This document shows positions 39,601-54,600 of a DNA stretch of 64,000 nt, piece by piece. Source of the stretch: Tubiluchus corallicola (lineage: Eukaryota; Animalia; Priapulida). The DNA lies in contig JAQGDQ010000259.1 of the NCBI GenBank assembly GCA_030141605.1, positions 248,001 through 312,000 of the forward strand, read 5' to 3'. The stretch's first letter is position 1; each line of letters begins with the position of its first letter. The notes beneath the pieces are model-generated. The model had not been told where the DNA came from, searched no databases, and was given only the letters and a program-made list of their open reading frames with translations. A program made the position numbers and the translations under genes.

Positions 39601-42600
39601 TGGGTTATGCTCTGCCAATGCCCTAGAAATTTGAGACAAAAATATGTAACATACAATTATATATCATGTAATATAAATCACATTGGTATTTGTAAAGCTA
39701 TAAATAGATGTACCTGGCAAGGTCACAAACTGAAGACGGAAGTTCGGAAACCTTTGAAAATGATTCCCAGTCTTTATACGCTATATCAGCGAGTATTGCT
39801 TCTCCTTTGGTACATCGTAGAAAACTCTGCAAGCTTTCTGTAGCTATTCTGTCAAACAATTAAATGCAAAACACTGAAATAAGTCCAAACACGTATCTAA
39901 TGCAAAACAGTGTAAGATATTGTATGAAATTAACAATTTTTTTATGCAACGTGAAACCGGATGTTGCAAAAATTCCTTATTATTCTTAAAATTTATTAAA
40001 AATCTATATCAATTATAACAGGAACCAAATGAAAATTTGGTGGTTGAGTAAACAATTCATGAAAATTTTAGTGGTCCATGTCTTTAACTACTTATTAATA
40101 GCAACATTTCTGTAAAGCTGGCTGACACTGATAATTTTGATCCCTTTGCCACTGTTTCGGTTAATGAATATGGTATGATTTCTACAAATTATTAATCATC
40201 ACATAATGCTGTATTTAATTATACTGTAAAATAAAGCAAATGGAGCTTATACACATGTCATGGTGTACTTGTGAAGAAAGCGTAAAAAACAGCAGTAAAA
40301 GTGAAATTATAGAATAAAGTAACTAACCAGGTATCTAATCCATCGTGCTGTTGTCATTACGAAGCAGGTGCTGACGTGGAAAACGCACCTGCCCATCGAC
40401 CCACTGAACCGACGAGGCGTTTCCATAGCGACTGTTTTACACATGGTGTTCAACACCACTATGCAATGGCTTCGTATGGACAATACCACCACAGTGTAGA
40501 GGGGTGGGTCGAAAATAAATTGGCATTTCGCTCCATATCATTGATTCTTGCATTATCATTATGTAAAAAGTGAAAGTAAATTACATACTTACTTACCATA
40601 GATTAAAAAGTTTAACTAAACTTACTTGTGTGGTTGTACTGCAATTGCTGAACTTCCAAATAAGGATGATAAGTGCTTTGACTTAGCCTGGCTCTTGCTG
40701 CCCTTCTTTCTCGCGATATCATCATCTTTTTCTTCTGGTTGAGGTGGCTTTGTTTCTGCCATGGCACCCACAGAAAGTAATAATGCAGCAAAAATTCTAG
40801 CATATCTGCGCATCACCATTTCGTGAACTCCTTCAGTGTTAAATACTTCTGTGAGTGCACATAAAACCTGCAACATCAAAACACAAATAACAATAACACC
40901 ACAACCAAAAAATTGGCAGTTCTTTCATTTAATACTGCAGCATGTTATTTACTGTAACAAGATTTGCAAAATTGTGATACATACTGAGATAAATGCAGAC
41001 TTTGGAATTAAGTGAAAAGACTTTATACCATTAAGTATTTCACTCATTTCAATAGACTTGTCTAATGTCTATGTTACAAATAAACTGCAAAATATTATTT
41101 AAAAATTAGAATTTTAAAATTTAAAACTTGTGAACAAAAAGTCAAATAATATTTCCACACATTACTGATTTTATTTTTGTACTACCTGTTTTTATGTCAA
41201 ACCTTGATAAAATAAAATAATATAAAAGATAATTTATAGGATATATTAGAAAAGTTTGTTTTCACATTAATATCAAGTTGTAACAGTAATGTGAGTGATG
41301 ATGAAAAGGCAGAGAAAAATACACCGCAAAGCTACAATCGAGATTAATTCATAAATATATGTATTTAGTGGTAAACTTTAAGCCGTTCGCTACAACTTAA
41401 AAAATATACAGCAACAGACCACTTGCTAGTCAGCCAATAATAAGTTGTTTTGATTTACTCAGTTTTATTAAGGTGTTCAAAGGTACTGCGACAGTACCTA
41501 CACTGTAATGATATAACAAGGAATGCTTTGAAAACAACTTACACTTAATGGCTGTAAATGGGCAACGCGGATTGGCTTTACTTTCTCTTTTTCCCGCTTC
41601 TCAATGCTGAGAGGTTTCTCTGTATAAGGTACAGCATGCTCTAAAAATTCTAGCAACCTGTCAATCATGTCCTGAGCTGTTGTCGAAGCATCACTTGCTA
41701 AAACTTGCCAACAATCGTGAATAGATCTAAGGAAGGAAAATAATAAAAAGAGTGACCGAATTAAACAAGTTTCAAGAGTACATGCGTTCACTAGCAAAAA
41801 CATCCACAAGTCAGCAATTAAGCTTTTCTAGTTATTCACATATGCTGAACACCCATTTCATGATTATCACTTTGATACCAAGATTTTTACTCTTGGTTAT
41901 TTCTTAGATAAGATAATCCATGTTGAAGTTGAGATGCAGGCTGCATACTGAAAAACATAACCTTGAGAAAATACATGTTAAAGTTTGCATTGTTTTTTTG
42001 TCATAGCAGCCGTACAAAAGCTTTGTTGTTACGGACTTTGCAAGAACACATTGAAGTTATGTTTAAATCCTGTGGACGGCTCATCCAGATGAAGATCTGA
42101 ACTTGGGAAGAGAAAAAACTGCAAGCAAAATGATTGCTATAATAAGCAACTATGGGAGTTTGGAAATACAGCATTTTTTGCAATTGCAATGGTAGTTTTT
42201 AGACACCAGAAGAGGCTAAGGGGTTATAAAATTAAATTTTTAATGCTTTTCAAACAATTTCCTGATAATTTGATGCTAGAAGATAAAAGTCCAATATTTA
42301 GTGTCTGTTTTTATAAAAGCAAAAAATTGACATTTGAGTGAATTTTTGGTGAATTCTACTTTGAAGCATCATAATATAGTTTAAGTATGTCAAAATGTGC
42401 ACGGCTTTAGTTTGCAAGCACACATATTATCCTTCATTTTTATATTTATCCTTACTTATATGGACGGGTTTAGTTTGCAAGCACACATATTATCCTTTAT
42501 TTTTATATTTATCCTTACTCATACTACTACAAATCTGCTGCATGAATTTTTCTAATTTATTATAACTAACCCTAACCTAATTATTAACTTCATTCTGTTT

Positions 42601-45600
42601 ACCGCATATTAAATAGATTTAGTAACCGAATGATGCTACTAAACCAATTGTTCCTACATCTTGAAAGGGTGGCTGATTCGAAAATTTTAATTTTTCACCA
42701 GCCTTTTTCCTTTCTGTTAGTTATTTACAGCGTTTCTGTTATTTGATATTGATATTATAAGAAAAAATCTCAATCTGAATCTTTATATCAATTTTAGTTG
42801 TCTTTAACAGATTACAACAAAAGTGTTATTCTTGAATGTAAACCTATTTTGCTGGAATCGCACAAACAAAAAAATCTTAGTGTAATTATGATGTACAACG
42901 GGTATGTGCTATTTAGCTACAAAGCAAGCAACTTTATTAATTGTACAAATCAACGTACGTGTCAAATGGAATAGGATACTTTAGCAAGCTATTGACAACC
43001 TCAAGCAAGTGGTGGTAAGCTAAGCTTCTCACACATCGCAAGGTTCCAATTCTGGTTTGTGGAAAGCTTATTTCTGACAATTTTAACTTTAGATCTTCTA
43101 AAAATGTTTCCACCTAAACAAATAAATATGCTGTTAGCAAATATACTTTTCACAGATTCTTATCCATGCGTTCCCATGACTTATCCAAAATTCCTGTCTA
43201 GCGAAAAAATTAAATATGTGTCATACATCACAGATTGATATTACATTTTCTTGAAAAAAATGGCCAAAAAACTTAAAAAGCTCTTACTGCATGTCGTGTG
43301 TAATGTTTTGCTGCATCACTTATTTAGTCCAAGAAGCTATACTAGTGCTTAAAGAACAAGATAGTAGAGTAGCTCTAAAAAAATTCACACTGGAGTTTTG
43401 AATCTCCATGTGCAATATTCTTATATATAAAACTCACTTTTGCAGTGGCACTACATAAAACTTGAAAATTTTTATAATGGTCATAAATTTGCAAGTCTAT
43501 AATGGTAGGTCAAACTACGAAACAACGGCAGGAAATTCTGTTACTACATTTACATTCCGTAAAAACGGGAAAGAACTGGGGTTGCACTTAATGGTCTTTT
43601 CTCACAATTTTTCGTAAGTGGTGAATCGTCGGTCACAGACATCAAACTAGCTTTGTCATTTGTGAAAGTTAATTAAATAACTAAGAATAACTCTCTTCTG
43701 CTAATCCGAGCCTTTAAAAAATTACGTGATGCTAAATGGCCTTCATTTTTGTAAACATTTTGAATCACAATAAAAAAATTTGTTGATTCTTTGATTTGTG
43801 TGTTTGGTCCAGCAAGTGTGTAAATGCACTCACCTTAGAAAGTTTTAAATATTTAACATTTGGTTTTTATGCATTAAAAAACTGCATTATCTTTGCTATG
43901 ACCCTGTCTTTAATTTTGTCAGCATTGCTTGTGTGATGTTCTATCTAACTAGTAATATAAAGCAGTTTAAACCAAGATGACAGATAAACTATTTTAATTA
44001 ATAAAAGATAATAATAGTAATAATATACATCAAATTTATGTAGCACCCCAAATATATAAAAATACTCAATTGTACATCACAACCAAATATTTTACAAAGC
44101 CTAAAATAAATCATACACTTACACACACTATAACTTCATAAGAAAGCCTTAAAATGTAAATTAAAAATCAATAATAAATCTAGTTAGCAAAATGCAGGCA
44201 AAATTAAAATCCAATTCAATTACCATAATCTAGATTCTAGATTAATAAGATACGTCTTGAGCAATTTTTTAAATGTAATTATATTATTGCAACTTCTAAT
44301 ATTCAGTGGAAGGCTGTTCCAAACAGTTGGAGCGGCATGGGAAAAGCCACGCATACCTAGAGTTTTTGTTTGCGCCCTGGGCACAAGTAGATTTTTATAG
44401 CCAGATCTTAAGTTTCTGGATTGTGTGAAAACACTAATCAGTCCTGCAAAATAGCACAAAGCTTGGCCAAGTTAACATTTAAATGCCAGCACAGTAATTG
44501 TGAATTTGATTCTAGATTGTACTGGAATCTAGGGCCAGTAATGTTGGAGTTATATACTCATACGATGCTTAAAAAGTTATAAACAGGGAGTGCTATCAAA
44601 GAGGCATTTCTATACCTGTGTATGTAACTCAGATCCTCGTGATTTCAAAACTGTATTCAACACAACACAAGCACCAGAGCTGCTCTTCTCTTGAGTGTCC
44701 AGTAGACCATTCAGTACCGACTGCAGAAATGATGGCAGTTGGTCAACTTGAACTTTCTTGGCCAACACCTAGAAACACGTGCAGGTAATCATTATTTTCA
44801 TCACAAGGCAAGAATTCAGCTATAGTAAACTACGTATAACTCGAACACATCGGGATCTAAGTCAAACATTAAACAACAATTTTTATGAATAATCAAAAAT
44901 AAAATGACTAGTCCACTTCTAGTGTAGTCTGGGAAGCATGGTTAATAGAATTCGGCAATAATAATATTGTGATCTACATTAAACACTTTCTGGTTGTTTA
45001 AGCCATGTTTTGTGCAGCACGCTAACCTAAGTTAAGGTAATAAGTAATACAAGAAATCTTAGTTTTTTTTAAACTAGGAGTTAAAATCGTAACGTGGTGC
45101 ATACTTTCGAGTAGGATTTCTCACTTAGAAGGCTATTCGAGACTCAAGTTTCAGATAAGGAGCTGGGTAATTTAAGTTAAACTCCTATAAACTGTACTGG
45201 GAATTCGGTTTGAGTTACGTGATAATTTGAGTTACAGATTTCAAGTTACGCAATGCTCGGTAAAGGGAAAAACAACAATTACCTTTGCTAAGTCATTAAC
45301 AGTACTGAAAAGAACACTGGCATCATCCTGCACACACCGACTCCTCAGTTCTGACAAAGCAGAGATTAATGGATCTTCAGTTTCACGTACATTTCCTGCA
45401 AAACACAATTAAGTGTACTACTTTTGATCAATTAAATTATACTTAGAAGTACTCAGAAGAGAAAATAAAAATACATAAAATAATACAAAAAATGTAGGTA
45501 AAAGATTTTGGTCAAAGAATGTAGAGTTTACCCGAAATTTACTATTCTATTAAAACACTGGTGCAAAAGAACTGCAGCCTGATACTTTAAAACAAATAGA

Positions 45601-48600
45601 AAAGGATTTCGTTTTGCAAAAATAAATTTTGCGAATAAGCTTTTCAGACATAAGAGTATGGTAAAAAGGTCTTAGAAGCATAAAAATGTGAGCAAAATGT
45701 GAAACCATAAAACTAATTGCAGCACACTGTTCCAAGTAGAATTTCACTATAACGCATTATTATTAACACAAACTTACATCAACGTGTGTCAATATTATCT
45801 GGAATGCAGTGCAACAAATAGCAAATAAAAGTTCATCATCAACTACGTTATTCAACAAATCCAACTGCAGCAATATAAAACCCCAAAACTGTCCACCATG
45901 TCAGTAATTTTCTGAAGTGCAATAGATAATGACAGAGGCCAAATCACATACCTATGTATACAATGCATTTATTTTGATACTAAAAATCGTAAAGCAATAC
46001 CTTGGTACAGGGAATTGATCTGTAAAAGATACTGAATGCAGTCAATGGCTGACTGTCGAACAGATATAGTAGGATCACTCACTCTTGGTACAAACAAGCC
46101 CAGCAGCCTACCATGCTCACCAAAAATGGTTGACTTCTAAATGATATAAGAAATGCATTAAATTACGTTACAGCAGATGGTGACTTTACAGCAATAAATA
46201 ATCCTGATTATATGGAAAAGTAAATGGAAACTTTTAAAAGTTTAAACATTAAAATAGTTCTCCAATTTCTATTAGTTGTTTACAACAAGCCGGCTGGAGA
46301 GATAGCGCTCAACGACTCAGACAGACAGACAGACAGAAATTCTAAGCTTTGCCACAGACATCTCTTGGATAATAATCCGAAGTACTTCAGGACCGATTTC
46401 CATCTTCATTACTGAAGCAATTTTGGAGAAGACAGATTTCAAAACCTAAAAGGTACCAATTTTAGAAGTTCTTTCTCTGTTGCTAGGCAATGTGGTCACC
46501 ACAGTAACCAAGTCTTTCACTGCACAACTAGAGCACAGACCCTACTAGCTGTGCAAGTTTGGCTGCAATTAAATTGACACTCTACGAAAAGTAGCGCAGA
46601 CAGACCTGCAGACAGATACAGGCTGAGAATAAGGGTCAACTAAGTTGAACCGTTGAACCACATACTGTATGAACATACCCCAACTCCAAATTCAAGCTTT
46701 TCGTGGAAAGTTGAGAGAAGAACCAAAACTGATTTAGCAGCACGATCTCTTTCATAGTATTCATTTGAACAGAGCCACTGCTCCAGATGCTAAAAAACAG
46801 AAAGTGTAAACTTTACAGCATATTTGCAAAAAAAAATAGACAAGAAAACTGCACAAAGACCACTAGAGACAATAATTTTATTGAGTTTATTGATATTATC
46901 ATTTTATTATTTAAGCAATTCATTATAAACAATAAGTTTGCACACTTGAATCACAACAAATCTGAAGATTTCGAAAGATAGCAATGCCTTGCTAAAGTGT
47001 TCATATATATGATTCTTTAAGCATGCAAGCCTTCAATAAAACTATGAAGTTTTCAGTGGCAACTTTATTTCTGCTAAAGTTAAGATTTCCAAATTATGAA
47101 ATTAGAGCAAGTTCAACACGAGACCTTCAACAACAAATCATATATCAACTAAAAAAAACGTGCACACAAGAATTTGCATGCATCAGCATCAACGTCAGCA
47201 GAGAAAAGTGTAGAAGTAGATCACAAACAACAAATAAGCTATTACTAGCTTAAAAAAGTCCGAAACAGTTGTGGTTGAAAGGTTTTAAGGAAAATTTATC
47301 GAAAATGAGTAGCAATGTTTTCAACATCACCAAAACCTATTGTTACACAAAAAATAGGATGCGGTTAAGAGAACTTATCATAGAGAATAAAAACCAACTG
47401 TACCGTTATAATGTGATTTAGATTAAAAGAGGAAACGTCCTTCAAAAGAAGTTCTTTAAAAAGCTCATTCAAGTTTGTCAATGTTCTTTGCAACAAATCT
47501 GCACGTTCAGAATCTTCAATCTGAAACATACAATTAAACTTTGTCAAACAATTAATTTCTATTAGGAAAAAAACTTACTCCGCAAGTTACTTATACATAA
47601 TTGTTTTTTATTGAATGTCTTCAAAAAGATGCTGTTAGAATTAACTGACCTTCGGCTTTAATTTTGACATCGTCATTGTTGTCGTCATCATTGTTGTTGT
47701 CATAGTCGTTGTCATCAATATCATATGCTAAGTCAACTGTAGACAATGAGCAGACAGAATTTCCAAATAAAAATAGCCTCTGTCCTTAAGATAGAGATTT
47801 AATCCAGCAGTAAAAAGCTAGATATTACTATGCCAGTGGCTTGACAGAACCACTTCTTAGCTATACAGAGCCATACCAAGGTTCCCTTTAGATTATAAGC
47901 ATTATGAGAAATCTTCAAATACGTAAATCAAGATTAAGAGTAATTTCAATAATTTTGCAAGCTGTAAGAGTAATTTAAACAATTTTGCAAGCTGTATAAA
48001 ACCGGCTTAGCTTTATGAAAAATACATATTTGAACTTGGTAGACCGTAAATTAAATTTGCATTGTACTAATACATTATAACAACATGCTAAAATCATTTC
48101 ACAGAGCATGACACAAACTAATGACAGGTATAGTTAATTTTCTTAATGAAAAACAAGATCTTTTTTATTCAATAACCTGAGCCTCCACCGGTAATGGGTA
48201 AACTGCTGCAGCAAACATTTCTATCATATCTGATGTTGCATCATCTCCCAGCTTAGGGTCCAGTTTTCTAATTTTTCTAGTCAAGAATTATTACAAGGAT
48301 AAACAAAGCTCACCTTAAATACTCGAAATTCTTTTACAAAGTGCTGTGGTAACAAAGATGAATGACACAACAAAATTAAAAAACAAGAAATTACCAAACT
48401 GGTAAAACTTTATGAAACTACCACATTTTTCAGACAATAAAAATATCACTTTAAGCTTAATAAAATTAGTCTATTGTTTAATAAAAAGCCACTCAAGTCA
48501 ATTTCGATTCAGTTCACTTCAATTTAGGTTTATTATGCAAATACTTCACTTACATTAATAGTACATTCATTCATTTTCCAAAGTCTGCTTTAAAGAACAC

Positions 48601-51600
48601 ACTATTGAAAAACACACACAAAATTACAAATCATTAGCAGCATTAGAAAACAAAGAGCAATGTAGAATCTTAAATTATTACTACTGCAAGCTATTAAGCT
48701 ATTGCTAGGGGTTCCTGATTTTACTATTTTTGCCCACGAGTGTGAATTTATCGTACAGACACACAGTAGTAAAAAATTGACACTACTATAATAATAATGA
48801 GAATATTAATGTAAACTAAAAAATGTCAGAGTTAGCAAAGGCAAAACTAGGCAATACTAATTTATCACATTTTAATTTTACGCATTACAACAACATTGTT
48901 TTAATACGTAGTTTATACTTGACTTTGATGTTAAAATAACTTTTGTGTTTTATCATTATGGTTTACATAACTTTTAACTTTTAACAGAAGTACAAGAAGA
49001 CTATAATCACATAATCACATAATTACACACACTCCAGCAGTATGTATACTTCTATCAAACATATTACTGGCAATTCCTTAGAATAATAATAGTCATTATG
49101 ACTATTATAAGGGAACACTCTTGTTATTACTATTTTTATTAATAATCTTTCACAATTCTGTACTTTTTCATCAGCATACAATCAAGTCAAGCAAAATAAG
49201 TGGCAAGGTTAGGGTCAAGAACATTTGAAGAATGTGAACAATAGTGTGAAGTGGCAGCTGAGCTGAAGTCCCAGTGGAGGTGTAAAACATTTTCGAACTT
49301 TCTAATTTGGTACAGCAAGTTCTCATTTAATGGTGCCCGTGCTTAGTGACATTTCGTTTTAACGACGCTATTTTTGACACTTTTCCACTTAACACTGAAT
49401 GTTTCGTTTTTATGATGATTTTTCTCTTGCAACATAATTTGAATACTTATACATAGCTAGCCATTATTGATTTTTGCTGCTGGAACACAACTGAATGTTT
49501 CTACATTGTTTCTTGTGGAAAGCATTGTTTCATTTAGCCATGTTTGGTTTAAGGAAGCGTTTTCCTGGAATGCATTAGAAACATTAAACGTGGACTTACT
49601 GTATTGCTTTTGTGCATTTATATGACAGAAGACCACACTTATTCACACACAAATTGCACAAATTAAAATTCATTGACCTAGCTTTTTCTTTCATGCTATC
49701 TAAACTCACATAAAATATAGTAAAGTTGAAAATCCAACAAAATTCTGCTCTCCCAGATTACCTGCACTTTGTCAAACTATATATGTTGACAATTACACCA
49801 AGAAAAAATACTCATAAATTTGCCATACATATAAACTATTGTACATCTACTAAAGCTGATAATACTAAAAGGATACACCATTGAAGTGCATGCTTTCATA
49901 GCCAGCTCTCTTGTTTCAGTTGTCAAATGCTTAGTGCTCTCATTTTTGACAAAAGCCTATTATAGTAAAATAAGTTACAACAAAACATATCAGTTTTCAA
50001 AGTGAATTTTTAGAAACTCTAAGTGTAATGCTATTTTATTAAAAAAAGTTAATAAATGAATCAATTCAGAAATGTCAAACCAACAAATGTAATTTCTTAT
50101 AATAACTGCACATTCTTTAAGAAGTTACGTCTTTCCCTCAAACTAGTCAGAGAACAGACAGACAGACAGACAAACTCAATTACCATATGAGGCTAGAAAG
50201 GAATTAAATGTTTCTATGATTTTAACTGCAGGATCTAAATATAACGTAATATCATTTAATATGACTAATTGGAAATCAATCGTCACTATACACATTACAT
50301 TTTTAATAAACAAAGTGAAATGTTTAGAAATAAGTACAGATGAACTGAAACCTTTGTTAATTCTTTTGTTCAATTAGACGAAAATCTGCAAAGGATTACT
50401 GTGCTACCACCTTCAAAGCTTTTCCACTAATGTAGACATTTCTAATATCAGAAGCTTTTAAAGTTAAAGGTTAACCGTTAATTGTTATATTGAGCTCATG
50501 AAGGTGTCCAGGCTTTTGATCTGTCGAGTTGAGAAACTCCAGTCGAAAGAGCTTCGAGAACTCATCCAATGGCAAGTCGGGCATCTTGCAATGAGATTCT
50601 TACAGTTCATGAGTTGTGAGAAAGGGCTGCATATTGTTGAAAAACTGTATTATTACTACTGAGAGAACAGTGTGATCCATATGGCGCTCTGAATTTCCGC
50701 TGAAGTTCAGTTGGTGATTGAATAAAAGTCTGCCTACTAAGACTCTACATCTTATTTCTATGTTACTGTCGTCACCATAGCAATGGAGTTCCAGTCAAAA
50801 GAGCAAAGGAAAAAATTTGATAAAACTAATAATCCGGTTCATGTAAGAGCTTGCTGAGAATGGGTAAAACTCAAGCAGAAATTGAAAAGTCAAAGTGTAT
50901 AGTGCCATATAACTTTTAAAACACCCATACATAACTGAAATGATACCATTATGTTGTTGATTAAGTTCCATCGTTGTGGCATTTCATAGGAAAATTTGAG
51001 ATGATCAGGATGAAGAGCTTTGCCTAGCAATTCCACTGACTGCATTAAGCTCATCTTTGCGTGCTCCTACGTAAAATGCTCTGTTCAGTATGCAAGTTTG
51101 CATTCTTTATAATTTCAGTAACAAAAGTAATTGTAATAATCACAAAATTATTATATAAGTACTTATAAGAATAGTAACAGAAATGATAATTTGTTACAAA
51201 TTACAAGTAGAAGAAAAGCAAAAAATTACTATGTACCCACTTGTTTACAAAAAGTAATTACCTTTGCATGTTGAAAGTGTGGAACGATTCCACGCAAAAT
51301 GTGGGTATCTAAATATGAGGTAAGCTGGTCTGGTTGAGCATAGAACGCAATGTATCCATAACACAGAATCACAGTAGCTTTATTCCGGTCAGAATCCGGA
51401 ACATCAGACGTATCTATTTTATCCTGATTAAGAAATACTTTAAAGAAATTTTTAAATATGGGTAAAATTTCAAAAAAGGCTATAGTGAACACTTTAGCAT
51501 TAACTAGTATTTTATTATAAACAGTAAATGTTTTCAGATTTTAAGGTTTTTACATTTATTAAAGATTACTAAAAGCATGTAAATGTTTATATAACATTTA

Positions 51601-54600
51601 CTAAACTAAACTGTCACATAGACTTAAAAAAATTTAGCTTGAAATACAACTTCTGAATGCCATAAATGAATTAATACTGCTATATTAATTAGCAGCCTTA
51701 ATTTGCTGTGAAACGTTACAACTCACAAAGGGATAAGTGTGTTGCTGCATGCTGCCCTCAACATAAATTATCCTCATTATCTATTACGGGCAGTCATATG
51801 CAAACTAAAAAAAAATCTGCAGCATTTATAAAATTCACCAAAAAACTGCATTTAAATGTGTAAAAGCAACAGATCTACCAGATTTTATAATGCACCAATC
51901 ACAGCAAAATACTGTCTGCTTTTTGAATAGTTAATAAAGTACCTTTATGAAACCCAGTAATCCGCTTGATCGTTTCTGAGCAGAGTCACCTTGACTCAGA
52001 TGATACAGACGAGATAATACAGTATCCAAATGTGTCGAGCCACCATAACCAAACGCTATTGCACAGCCCTAAAAACATTTAAAACACAAAGAACTACAAA
52101 CTAGCAAAAGCATTTGAGCAGAATTGAGATCAAACATAAAATATTATAATTTAATAATAATAATGTGCGGCCTGAGCCAGACCAAGATCTGTTGGGGCCC
52201 CTAGGCTAATGAAATCATGGGACCCCTCAAACGGAGCCACCCTCTAACTCCCCCACACCCGCCCTGGATATTTTTTCTGATGACATGTTTTAGCGACATC
52301 TTGAAGTAAACTTATTGCAAATTCTTTAAATAAATTAGAATAGCTATATTTTGTTTATCAGCAAAAACATTATTTAAGATACACTAATTACAAATATTTT
52401 ACTGTTTACTGCAAACCAAATTAGCATATATTGCAACATGACTGTAGTGAAAAAACTTTTTTTTTACCAAATGTTACCAAAGTTTGAGGGTCCCTAGTCG
52501 TACTAACCTACAGGATAATCCTGTCTTGTGTGAGACCACTTTACATGAGCTACTGCCTTATTTACTGTCGTTCATATATTTAAAATTTAAACACTCTCCA
52601 TGAAATCTAAATAGGTCTAAAAGATACACATTTGTTAGAATATACTTACCTCCCTTTCAACGATGCTTAAGTGTTTCGTATTTACAAACAGTGTGTCCAA
52701 CATATTGGTGATGAAAGATTTCTGTGAAGTTCTTCTTAATATGATGCCTATTGCCTTGCAGAGAAATTTCTAAAACAAAAATTAAAAAATTACAGAAAAT
52801 AAGTTTTGATTTTTGCAAAGTATTATTACCATTTTTCTACATTAAAAAAAACTGTCCCAAAATACAAGAAGACGGTAAAAAAGCATGAGAAGTCTAAAAA
52901 ATACACTACATCTTAATTGTACTAAGTGATGAATTTTACACAGACCTTTTCGTTTGGCAGGTCACTGTAAAGACCCAGGTGACTAGACATTGTTTTGCCT
53001 AGTTCAATTGTCCAATTCTCACTGTCAACATCTTCCAGTGTCTTGCAGAGAAACTGAAGAAAACCAGCAATTATGGACAAAAAATAAATGTTCAGAGACC
53101 ATCGTATCCTATAATGCAGTTACAGTGTTGTTACAAATAAATGTGACTTCAAAAAATATTTGGAATATGCAAAGTAAATAGTGTCACAACACAGAAGCAC
53201 TTTATTTGCAATATACAATACCGCAGCACTACTTTGCAATTTATATATAAGCAATACATTGCATCTCTGAATAATCAATTTAACAGTAACGTCAACACTG
53301 GAATGTTAAGTGTTTCATGGAATTAAAAGAAAACGTACCTTCAGGATCAGTTCTTCCCATGATTTTTGGCACCAGGCTTCCTCATCCTTTTCTACTGCTT
53401 CTGAAGAATATGCAAAAAAGCTATTCTAAGAAGTAGGAAAAAACATTCAAATAAAACCAATAAGATTAGCTAATGATAATATCTGCACACTTGTTTTAAC
53501 AAGAATAAAACATTAAGTGTTACATGAACAATGTCACTGACATTATTCAATAAGTTAACACTAGAAGGATCGGAAAAGTTTACTACCTAGAAGGACTGGC
53601 AAGCGTCAATTGATGCAATTTCATTTCTATAAAAAATTAAACTAATAGTTATGCATCAGATATTAACGAAATTCAATGATACATCAGAAAATTAATTGAA
53701 TCCATATAAAACTGAAGCAATTCATACAGTACAAGTATAACGACTCTTGGCAGATTTCAGAGAACTTCGAGAACATGCATTGAGTTAAGCCATGTGTTGA
53801 CCACCCTGAGAACTGACAGTCAAGAAATTTCAGTTTTACATTTCACATTTACTATTATGATGTAAGTACAAGTACATTTAGATGATTTGCAACGTACAAT
53901 ACGTATTGACATATTGTCCTTCTAGGTAGCCTATTTTTAACATGGTTAAAGTAATATTTCAGTCCTGAAATTCTGTGCAATAGTAGTTAGCACTAAAATA
54001 GGTAAAGTAGTAAAAAAGCAGGAATGTATCTTCCAGAGTTTCCAGAGATATATACAAAATAAAAAAAATGGTGTCGATTCATATGCCCAGTCCCTTTAAT
54101 GATAAACAACGAATCTGCATTATGCTACCTTCTAGATATTGAATAAGCTTGGGTATGACTGTGTCCCACAGGGCCACTAAGTTTTTATTCAAGTTTGGTG
54201 ATAATCCTTTCATTAGTCGTAAGATGTGAAGTCCATGATCTTTTGTCAACCAGGGATTAGATGAAGATACCTAACAAGAAACCAGTCATTAAACTTGACA
54301 ACATAACTAATTCAAAGTTTAACACGACATATTGAGGCCAGCCATAAAAAAATATTTCCCTCTTACCTCACAAACTCAAAGGGATAAATTTTTAAAATTT
54401 TGTGACTGTTTAAAGCTGATTCTTGGAATATTTAAAATGAGTTTAAATCAAAGTTTCTTTATTTTCCACTGGTTAGCAATAATGTTTCAAATTTTTTTAA
54501 CACGCTTTGTTTTTTAGTTTTTTGTTTCACATTACTAAATTATCGTACAATTATCGATTGTTGTATAGTTTCTTTTTTGTATGGTATGAATGTATATTCT

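Noticed and set aside
47650-47738. Extra acidic MROH1 exon (DLAYDIDDNDYDNNNDDD...)
   Set aside because: The acidic frame is phase 1-1 while the flanking exons are phase 0; more likely a GAC/AAC/GAT trinucleotide-like tract.
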